From contig JBHHYI010000028.1 of NCBI GenBank assembly GCA_046757525.1, positions 1 through 34,191 of the forward strand: a stretch of DNA of 34,191 nucleotides, read 5' to 3'. A model generated the notes under the pieces. That model saw only the letters and a list, made by a program, of their open reading frames with translations. It made no database searches and was not told the origin of the DNA. The stretch's first letter is position 1. Each line of letters begins with the position of its first letter. The translations under genes and the position numbers were made by a program. Origin of the DNA: a bacterium (GTDB lineage Bacteria > Zhuqueibacterota > Zhuqueibacteria > Oceanimicrobiales > Oceanimicrobiaceae). This document shows positions 27,125 through 34,191 of this stretch, piece by piece.

Positions 27125-29803
27125 TCATGCGGCTAAGCTCTGCAAATTCGATTTGAGTTTTGCCAGATTCGATTCAAAGTCGGATTTCTTTTTCTTTTCC
27201 AGATCGATGACTTCGTCCGGAGCTTTGGCCAAAAAATCTTTGTTGTGTAACTTGGTATTCAAGCCTTCCAATTGTTTTTCTAAACGCCCGATCTCTTTCT
27301 TTAGACGGGCTCTTTCCACGTTGAAATCGATCAGTCCTTCCAATGGCAAGAAGATTTCCAACCCGTTGACCACTGCACTGGCCGCGTGTTTTGGCCTTTG
27401 GGATTTGCTGCTAATTTCGAGCTTGTTGACTTTGGCCAATTGTTCAAAATACGGCTTGTTGTCCACCAGCAGGCTCAAACAGGACGCCTTGGAGGAGTCA
27501 ATCATCACGTCAGCGGTCTTGTTGGGGGCCACATTCATTTCTCCGCGAATATTGCGAATAGCTCCGATGGCGTTTTGAATGACCTCCATATCCTTTTCGA
27601 CTTTCTCCTGGTGAAAAGTGCGACACTCAGTAGGCCAGAGAGAAACCATGATGCTCTCCGAGTCGTTGTCGCTGCGAATCTTCATCCACAGCTCTTCGGT
27701 AATAAATGGAACCGCAGGGTGCAGCAACTGCAGAATGCCCTTCAACACCACGACCGCAACGCCCAGCGCCACACTTCTCGCCTCTTCGTTCTTTTCGTCG
27801 TACATTCTCGGCTTGATCAGTTCCAAATACCAGTCACAATACTCGCTCCAAAAGAAAGAATAGATGGCTGCGATGGCCTCGTGAAACTTGAATTGGTCCA
27901 GACTGCGCGTGACTTTGCGAATGGTTTTCTGAAACCGACTCAAGATCCACTGGTCCGCCAAATCGAGGGCGTTTCTTTTTTTTGCCTGAAGAACAAAATC
28001 CAAATTGCCGTGCTCGAGATCGGACGGTCTTAAATTCAGACCCAAAAACCGGAAAGCGTTCCACACTTTGTTGGAAAAGTTTCGTCCGATTTCAAAATCG
28101 CTCTTGGACAAATTGATGTCCTGCCCTTCTGAAGAGAGCAAGAGGAGCGAAAACCTCACCGCATCGGCGCTATATTGTTCCACCTTCTCCAACGGATCGA
28201 TGCCATTGCCCAGCGACTTGCTCATTTTTCGTCCCTGCGCATCCCGAATGATGCCGTTGAAATAGACATCCCGGAAGGGAACCTCCCCCATGAACTCCAC
28301 ACCCATCATGATCATGCGAGCGACCCAGAAGAAGATGATGTCTGGACCGGTGACCAGCGTGTCGGTGGGGTAGAAGTACTTGAGCTCTTCGGTTTCTTCA
28401 GGCCAGCCCAGGGTGGCAAACGGCCACAGTTGAGAGGAGAACCAGGTGTCCAGCACATCCGGGTCCTGTTCCAAAGATTGCCCCTGACACCTGGGACACT
28501 TCTGTGGCGGATCAACCGAAGCGACCACTTCCTCGCACCCCTGGCAATAGTAAATCGGGATGCGGTGGCCCCACCAGAGCTGCCGGCTGATGCACCAGTC
28601 CCGAATGTTTTCCATCCAGTGAATAAACACCTTGGTCCAACGGGCCGGGTAGAGTTTTATTTTCCCGTCCTTGACAGCCTGTAAAGCCGGTTCCGCCAAC
28701 GGCTTGATTCTCACAAACCATTGCTCCGACAGAAACGGCTCGATGACGGTCTTGCAGCGATAGCAGTGCCCGACGGAGTGGGTGTGTGGCTCCTTTTTTT
28801 CGAGAAAGTCGCCTTTGGTCAAATCCTGCAAAAGATGCTTACGCGCTTTCAGTCGAGCCATGCCCGCGTATTGGCCCGCCCTCTCGTTCATGGTGGCATC
28901 TTCGTTCATCACGTTTATGGGGGTCAAATTGTGTCGCTGACCGATCAGGAAATCGTTGGGGTCGTGGGCAGGAGTCACCTTTACGGCGCCGGTGCCGAAG
29001 TCTTTGTCCACCATCTCGTCTGCAACAATCTGCAATTCCCGGCCCAGGATGGGCAATATAGCGGTTTTGCCGATGAGGTCCCGGTAGCGCTTGTCGCCCG
29101 GGTGCACAGCCACGGCAACGTCGCCCAACATGGTTTCCGGACGCGTGGTGGCAACCGTGATGAAGCGATGGTTGCCTTGAACGGGGTATTTGATGTACCA
29201 GAGACAACCCGTGTGCTCCTGGTGTTCCACCTCCTCATCCGACAGGGCTGTCTGGCAGCGCGGGCACCAGTTGATGATGTACTTGCCCCGGTAGATTAAG
29301 CCCTTGTTGAAGAGGCGCACGAACACTTCCAGGACCGCCCGCGACATGCCCTCGTCCATGGTGAAGCGTTCCCTTGCCCAATCACACGAATATCCCAGCT
29401 TTTTCAGTTGCTCCAGAATCCTGCCACCCCGTTCCACGCGCCATTCCCAGACCAGCTCCACAAACGCTTTCCGGCCAAGATCGTGGCGGCTCTTATTGTG
29501 TTCTTTGCGCAGATGGCGTTCGACCACATTTTGCGTGGCGATGCCCGCATGGTCGGTGCCTGGCAGCCACAAGGCCTCCCTGTCCTGCATCCGCTGATAG
29601 CGGATGAGAATGTCCTGAAACAGATTGTTGTAAGCGTGGCCGATGTGGAGCACATCCGTCACATTGGGCGGCGGAATGACGATGGTGTACGGCTTCCGCT
29701 CCGGATTGACCTTTGCATGAAAATAGTTGCGCTCAAGCCAAAATTTGTACAGTCGATCTTCGACGTCTGCGGGGTCGTAAACTTTGGGAATATCTTGAAA
29801 CAT
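27125..29803 (-). CDS. valS: Valine--tRNA ligase
   Basis: PPPNVT, HIGH, DHAGIATQ, DWCISRQLWWGH, KMSKS, C-terminal coiled coil. Confidence 0.98.
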   Translation of the reverse strand: MFQDIPKVYDPADVEDRLYKFWLERNYFHAKVNPERKPYTIVIPPPNVTDVLHIGHAYNNLFQDILIRYQRMQDREALWLPGTDHAGIATQNVVERHLRKEHNKSRHDLGRKAFVELVWEWRVERGGRILEQLKKLGYSCDWARERFTMDEGMSRAVLEVFVRLFNKGLIYRGKYIINWCPRCQTALSDEEVEHQEHTGCLWYIKYPVQGNHRFITVATTRPETMLGDVAVAVHPGDKRYRDLIGKTAILPILGRELQIVADEMVDKDFGTGAVKVTPAHDPNDFLIGQRHNLTPINVMNEDATMNERAGQYAGMARLKARKHLLQDLTKGDFLEKKEPHTHSVGHCYRCKTVIEPFLSEQWFVRIKPLAEPALQAVKDGKIKLYPARWTKVFIHWMENIRDWCISRQLWWGHRIPIYYCQGCEEVVASVDPPQKCPRCQGQSLEQDPDVLDTWFSSQLWPFATLGWPEETEELKYFYPTDTLVTGPDIIFFWVARMIMMGVEFMGEVPFRDVYFNGIIRDAQGRKMSKSLGNGIDPLEKVEQYSADAVRFSLLLLSSEGQDINLSKSDFEIGRNFSNKVWNAFRFLGLNLRPSDLEHGNLDFVLQAKKRNALDLADQWILSRFQKTIRKVTRSLDQFKFHEAIAAIYSFFWSEYCDWYLELIKPRMYDEKNEEARSVALGVAVVVLKGILQLLHPAVPFITEELWMKIRSDNDSESIMVSLWPTECRTFHQEKVEKDMEVIQNAIGAIRNIRGEMNVAPNKTADVMIDSSKASCLSLLVDNKPYFEQLAKVNKLEISSKSQRPKHAASAVVNGLEIFLPLEGLIDFNVERARLKKEIGRLEKQLEGLNTKLHNKDFLAKAPDEVIDLEKKKKSDFESNLAKLKSNLQSLAA

Positions 29804-29877
29804 TTCGATTCCAATTGTAAATAAATATTGAACTTACCTGGTTTGATAAGTTCAGAAATCTCTTGCATTAGACAGCA

Positions 29878-29906
29878 AATATACAAATATTGTTTTTTAA
29901 TGTCAA
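29878..29906 (-). promoter_or_regulatory. Near-consensus sigma70 promoter for the valS gene run
   Basis: TTGACA (29906-29901), 17-nt spacer, TATATT (29883-29878). Confidence 0.75.
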
Positions 29907-30078
29907 TAACTTAACGCCCTGGCCCTTTATTTACTCTAACTCCCCGAATACCAGGTAATCGCCACCAGCAGTAGAGACAGAAAGGTTAAACGAAGGTAGC
30001 GCGTAAAGGCCCGCAGATGTGACTGCAAGCTCTTCATCAAACGGACGGTTTGTTCCCTTGGACCGGGGAGAAAAGTGC

Positions 30079-30106
30079 TTGCTATTTGTTTGAATTGTGC
30101 TAATAT
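30079..30106 (+). promoter_or_regulatory. Putative promoter for the transporter operon
   Basis: TTGCTA (30079-30084), 16-nt spacer, TAATAT (30101-30106) with extended -10 TG at 30098-30099. Confidence 0.4.
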
Positions 30107-30249
30107 TTTGTGTGTAACTTTCAGCATGCCAGCCAGTACAACTATTACGGTAGAATGAATAAAAGCGGTATACCAGACGAAGCCCGTCGTTTGCTAAGCT
30201 CCGACTGGTTTTCCCAGGCAACACAACCGTCCGCGAATCGAGGAGGAAC

Positions 30250-31521
30250 ATGAATTTAAAAAACAGGAAACTTTGGATTGCTGCCGGCATATTGGTTGTT
30301 CTGGCCGTCATGGTGTTTGCCAATTTGCGGCAGCGCCAGAAAAGCGCCACAAAGGTAGAAGCCCAGAAGGTCGAGGCCCGGGAGTTGCGCGCCGTGGTTT
30401 CGGCATCCGGCAAAATCCGGCCTAAAATTAGTGTCGACATCAGCGCCAACACCAGCGGCAAAGTCGTCAAACTGGCTGTGGACGAAGGAGACGTGGTCAA
30501 AAAGGGGCAATTCCTCATGCAAATCGATCCCACGCCGGCTGAAGCCAACGTCCGCCAGATTGAAGCCAGCATTGCCTCCACCAGGGCCAAGCTGGAGCTG
30601 GACCATGCGAACTTACAGCAGGCAAAGCTGGAGCTGGAGCGACAGGAAGCTCTGCACAAGAAGAACCTCACCTCCGAAGACCTCCTGGAGAAAGCTCGCA
30701 CCAACTACAATGTGCAAAAACTGCAAACAAGATCCACCGAGGAGGAAATCGCCAGGCTGCAAGCCATGCTTGTCAGCGCGCAGCACGAATTGAGCAAGGT
30801 GAATGTGCATTCGGATATTTCGGGGCTGGTTACCAAACGCAACATCGAAGAAGGGGAAAATGTCTTTGTCGGCGCCTTCAACAACCCCGCCACTGTGCTG
30901 CTGACCATTGCCGATCTCTCCGTGATCGAAGCCGAGGTTGAGGTCGACGAGACCGATATCGTCGATGTCAAGATTGGGCAGGAAGCTTCCATTAAATTGG
31001 ACGCCTATCCGGACAGCTCTTTTAAGGGCAAAGTCACCAAAGTCGGTCACAGCCCCATTCTGAGCAGCGCTGGAGTTGCGCAGCAGCAGGCTACGAGTTT
31101 TGAGGTCATCGTTCAGCTCCTGGACACCATTCCCAACGTAAGACCGGGACTGTCCTGCAAAGCCGACATCATCACCGGCTACCGGGAAAAGGCGATTGCC
31201 GTGCCCATTCAGGCGCTCACCCTGCGCAAGCCTTCCGACTTGCAACCGAAGCCCACAGGGAAACGCCGTCGCGCCACCGATGACACCGAGGCGACAAACG
31301 ACACCGCCAAGGAAAAAGAAATGCAGGGCGCCTTCGTCATCGAAGACGGCGAGGTTACGTTTCATGAAGTCCAAACCGGCATTGCCGGCGATCGTTATTT
31401 CGAAGTGCTTTCCGGGTTGAAAGCTGGAGACGAAGTGGTTGTCGGCCCTTTCAAGGCACTGCGGCGTCTCCACAACGGCGACCGCGTCAAAATCGAGAAG
31501 AAAAGGAAGCGGGAAACTTAA
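30250..31521 (+). CDS. MacA/HlyD-family periplasmic adaptor (membrane fusion protein)
   Basis: GAGGAGG RBS; N-terminal anchor; lipoyl halves (SGKVVKLAVDEGDVVKKGQ, SDISGLV); coiled coil; VDETDI, LDAYP, SGLKAGDEVVVG. Confidence 0.93.
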   Translation: MNLKNRKLWIAAGILVVLAVMVFANLRQRQKSATKVEAQKVEARELRAVVSASGKIRPKISVDISANTSGKVVKLAVDEGDVVKKGQFLMQIDPTPAEANVRQIEASIASTRAKLELDHANLQQAKLELERQEALHKKNLTSEDLLEKARTNYNVQKLQTRSTEEEIARLQAMLVSAQHELSKVNVHSDISGLVTKRNIEEGENVFVGAFNNPATVLLTIADLSVIEAEVEVDETDIVDVKIGQEASIKLDAYPDSSFKGKVTKVGHSPILSSAGVAQQQATSFEVIVQLLDTIPNVRPGLSCKADIITGYREKAIAVPIQALTLRKPSDLQPKPTGKRRRATDDTEATNDTAKEKEMQGAFVIEDGEVTFHEVQTGIAGDRYFEVLSGLKAGDEVVVGPFKALRRLHNGDRVKIEKKRKRET

Positions 31522-32753
31522 TGCAACAAATCTGGGAAAATATTGTAATTGCCTTCATGGCGCTGTGGGCCAATAAATTGAGATCGGCTTTAACCATTCT
31601 TTGTGTCATCATTTCCATCATGTCCATCATTGCGGTGGTCTCCATTTTGGACGGGATGGACTTTTACGTGAAAAACAAGATCGCCTCGCAAGGTAGTAAC
31701 GTTTTTACCATTCAACGGGTCAATGAGTGGGAGATTCTCACCGATTTTGACAAATTTCTCAAGTCGCTGAAAAATCCCAATCTCACGTTAGACGATCTTG
31801 AAGGGCTGCGCCAGGAGGTCCCCCAGGCCGAGTTTGCCGACGCTTCGCTGAGCAGGAGTGAGCGAATCAATCGCGGCCGACGGTTTGTGGAGGAGGTGCA
31901 GATTCGCGGACGGACCGAAGAATACTCTGCCATCGGCGAATTCCCGGTGGAGAAGGGCCGTCAGCTCACCCGGATCGACTTGCTGCAAAGGCGCAACGTC
32001 TGTGTGCTGGGCTGGGATGTCGCCAACAGTCTTTTTCCTTACAGCGACCCCTTGCTGCAAACCGTGAAAATCGCAGGTCGTCACTACACGGTAGTTGGTG
32101 TGTGTGAAAAAAAAGCCTCCATTCTCGGCGCCAATCAGAACATTTTCGCGTTTATTCCCATTACTACTTTCATGAAGCAATTCGGCTGGCGGGGTCGCTC
32201 CCTGTCGATTTCCCTTCGCACCGCCAGCATGGAATCTTTTCAAGAAGCGCAGGAGCAGGCGCGGGTCGCCATGCGCATTCGCCACAAGCTGAAACCGACT
32301 GAAAAGGACGATTTTTACATCACCACTTCTGAAACGTTGGTGTCGTTGTGGGAGAATATCAGTCGCGCGGTCTTTGGCTCCTTGCTGGGCGTCGTCAGTA
32401 TTACCCTGGTCGTGGGAGGCATCATCATCATGAACGTCATGCTGGTGGCGGTTACCGAGCGCACGCGGGAAATCGGAATCCGAAAGGCCCTGGGGGCCAA
32501 GCGGCGTCATGTCATGCTGCAATTTCTCACTGAGTCGGTGATTCTTACCGCAGCGGGCGCCGTCATCGGCATTGCGCTGGGGTTCACAGCAGCAAATCTC
32601 GTGGCTGCCTTCACGCCCTTGCCTTATCGGATTGCCTTGTGGTCCATCGCGGCGGCCCTGGCCATTTCGTTTGTCGTCGGCACTTTCTTCGGCGTCTTTC
32701 CAGCCCAAAAGGCAGCGCGCTTAGACCCGGTTGAGGCATTAAGATATGAGTAA
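31521..32753 (+). CDS. MacB/FtsX-family ABC transporter permease (no ATPase domain)
   Basis: NKLRSALT, VGGIIIMNVMLVAVTERTREIGIRKALGA, PAQKAARLDPVEALRYE; TAATG overlap with the adaptor gene. Confidence 0.93.
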   Translation: MQQIWENIVIAFMALWANKLRSALTILCVIISIMSIIAVVSILDGMDFYVKNKIASQGSNVFTIQRVNEWEILTDFDKFLKSLKNPNLTLDDLEGLRQEVPQAEFADASLSRSERINRGRRFVEEVQIRGRTEEYSAIGEFPVEKGRQLTRIDLLQRRNVCVLGWDVANSLFPYSDPLLQTVKIAGRHYTVVGVCEKKASILGANQNIFAFIPITTFMKQFGWRGRSLSISLRTASMESFQEAQEQARVAMRIRHKLKPTEKDDFYITTSETLVSLWENISRAVFGSLLGVVSITLVVGGIIIMNVMLVAVTERTREIGIRKALGAKRRHVMLQFLTESVILTAAGAVIGIALGFTAANLVAAFTPLPYRIALWSIAAALAISFVVGTFFGVFPAQKAARLDPVEALRYE

Positions 32754-32789
32754 AGACTGGTGCAGAGTGGTAAACTGGAACGGACAATC

Positions 32790-34043
32790 ATGAAACTACA
32801 AGATTCAGACTTGCGGGAAAGAATTTTGGCGCAGGTCAACGAAGCTGTCAAGGAGGCCTGGTCCACACTGCGCAACCACAAAATGCGATCGGGTCTGGTG
32901 ATTCTCGGCGTCTTGATCGGCGTCGCCAGTCTTATGGGCATGGTGTCGACGGTGGCAGGACTCAACGCGTTTATCGAATCTTCTCTCAACGCTGAGAATA
33001 CCCCCATTCTTTCGCTACAAAAAGTAGATTTTTTCGCTGGTGAGGGGCGCAAGGAATGGGAGAAGCGCAAGAATTTTACCCTCGACGACGTCTATGCGTT
33101 GGAACAATTGCCACACGTGGCCGGGGTGGAGGTCGAATATGGCCGCGGGGTTTCGGTAAAATACAAAGACCGAAAGTCGCAGCTCATTCAATTGGCAGGG
33201 TCGAACCAACCGCTTTTGCAGGTACAAAGCATCAACGTAGCCGAAGGCAGATACTTCACTCAATTTGAACAGGATCACCGGCGCAAGGTGGTTGCGCTCG
33301 GCGACAAGGCAGCCAAATCTCTTTTTCCCAATGAAGACCCCATCGGCAAGGCCATCCGGATCCAGGGCAAGGAGTACCGTGTGGTTGGGGTGTTCGCCCA
33401 CCGCAAGACCATCTTCGGGAACTTCGCTGAAAACTTCATGGTGATTCCGTACACCGCTTTCGAACAAGATTTCCTGTTTCGCCGACAGGGACCCGAGATC
33501 AACGTCATCGTCGAAGACACCCGCTACCTCGAAGAGGTCAAGGAGAATATGCGCGCCCTCATGCGCATGCGGCGCAAAGTTCCTCTCGGGCAGCCGGACG
33601 ATTTTGCCATCGTTTCCATCGACGCGGTCATCAAATTCACCCAGAACATCACCGACAAAGTGTCGCTGGCTCTGGTGGTGTTGTCGTCCATTGCTCTCAT
33701 GGTGGGCGGCATCGGCGTCATGGTGATCATGCTGGTTTCGGTGACTGAACGCACCCGCGAGATTGGCATCCGCAAAGCAATTGGGGCCACCCGCAGTCAG
33801 ATCGTCTGGCAGTTCCTGATCGAAGCAGCCACGCTCTCAGGCATCGGCGGCTTCCTGGGGATCCTGGTTGGCCTGGGCCTGGCGCTGGTCATCGCCGGTC
33901 TGCTCGGCTTCCCGTTCATTCTGCCCCTGGGCTGGCTCTTCTTTGCAGTGGCCATGTCCGTTAGCGTTGGCCTCTTCTTTGGCATCTTCCCGGCGAGAAA
34001 AGCGGCCAAACTACACCCCATCGTGGCCCTGCGCTACGAATAA
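32790..34043 (+). CDS. Second MacB/FtsX-family ABC transporter permease (no ATPase domain)
   Basis: HKMRSGL, VGGIGVMVIMLVSVTERTREIGIRKAIGA, PARKAAKLHPIVALRYE; ATG 32790 (alternative GTG 32760). Confidence 0.93.
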   Translation: MKLQDSDLRERILAQVNEAVKEAWSTLRNHKMRSGLVILGVLIGVASLMGMVSTVAGLNAFIESSLNAENTPILSLQKVDFFAGEGRKEWEKRKNFTLDDVYALEQLPHVAGVEVEYGRGVSVKYKDRKSQLIQLAGSNQPLLQVQSINVAEGRYFTQFEQDHRRKVVALGDKAAKSLFPNEDPIGKAIRIQGKEYRVVGVFAHRKTIFGNFAENFMVIPYTAFEQDFLFRRQGPEINVIVEDTRYLEEVKENMRALMRMRRKVPLGQPDDFAIVSIDAVIKFTQNITDKVSLALVVLSSIALMVGGIGVMVIMLVSVTERTREIGIRKAIGATRSQIVWQFLIEAATLSGIGGFLGILVGLGLALVIAGLLGFPFILPLGWLFFAVAMSVSVGLFFGIFPARKAAKLHPIVALRYE

Positions 34044-34119
34044 AGTATTTGGCAAGATATTGCGCCTGGATTGACCGGGACGACGCGAACCGGGTCAGGT
34101 GACGAAAACCGTCCCCCGC

Positions 34120-34186
34120 TGGAGTGCTGAAACCCTGCTTCCGCCTTTCAACGCTACCAACGCGCAAGCGTGGCTTGCGCACGCCA
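34120..34186. repeat. REPIN-like inverted doublet of GGAGTGC-type palindromic units
   Basis: 34120-34144 TGGAGTGCTGAAACCCTGCTTCCGC matches the reverse complement of 34162-34186 at 18/25 positions; the right unit has a perfect hairpin GCGCAAGC-GTG-GCTTGCGC. Confidence 0.55.
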
Positions 34187-34191
34187 AAGCC

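Noticed and set aside
29804..29877. T-box leader for valS
   Set aside because: The predicted leader is about 70 nt, with no T-box consensus or terminator
29936..30127. 63-aa minus ORF with hydrophobic C-terminus
   Set aside because: No SD, overlaps the predicted plus-strand promoter, no recognisable motif; cannot be fully excluded as a small membrane protein
34085..34115. GAACCGGGTCAGG resembling the SRP (4.5S) RNA domain IV 5' strand
   Set aside because: The required continuation (CCGGAAGG-AAGCAGC) and enclosing helix are absent

Overview
Bacterial chromosomal window of roughly 50% GC. Gene content (DUF2723, DUF4837, GT2-sugar-transferase fusion, long S1) suggests an FCB-group organism such as a KSB1/Calditrichota-like lineage; this is inference only. 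Positions 1-29.9 kb hold two minus-strand gene runs. The first is valS-DUF4139-recG-DUF2723-GT2-SAM methyltransferase-DUF4837-purE-NCS2 permease-pfkB-rfbD-polyprenol-P-mannose synthase-GT2/PGT fusion-accA-trm112. The second is scpA-scpB-rluB-atypical Rossmann protein-cmk-rpsA-lapA-lapB-TPR/SPOR, followed by a broken antitoxin-like gene at the left edge. A divergent MacA-like adaptor and two MacB-type permeases occupy the right end. Most notable: (1) a candidate TMEM260-like protein O-mannosylation pathway (DUF2723, Dpm1-like, GT2s, RmlD, methyltransferase and a PGT domain that has lost its catalytic residues); (2) a promoter-26-aa leader ORF-terminator/anti-SD hairpin arrangement in front of scpA; (3) cmk with no canonical in-frame start upstream of its P-loop; (4) a 156-bp tandem duplication in the acidic S1 tail; (5) four different REP/MITE-like palindromic elements. 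No rRNA, tRNA, CRISPR array or transposase was recognised. Family assignments come from motif recognition by eye, not database searches.
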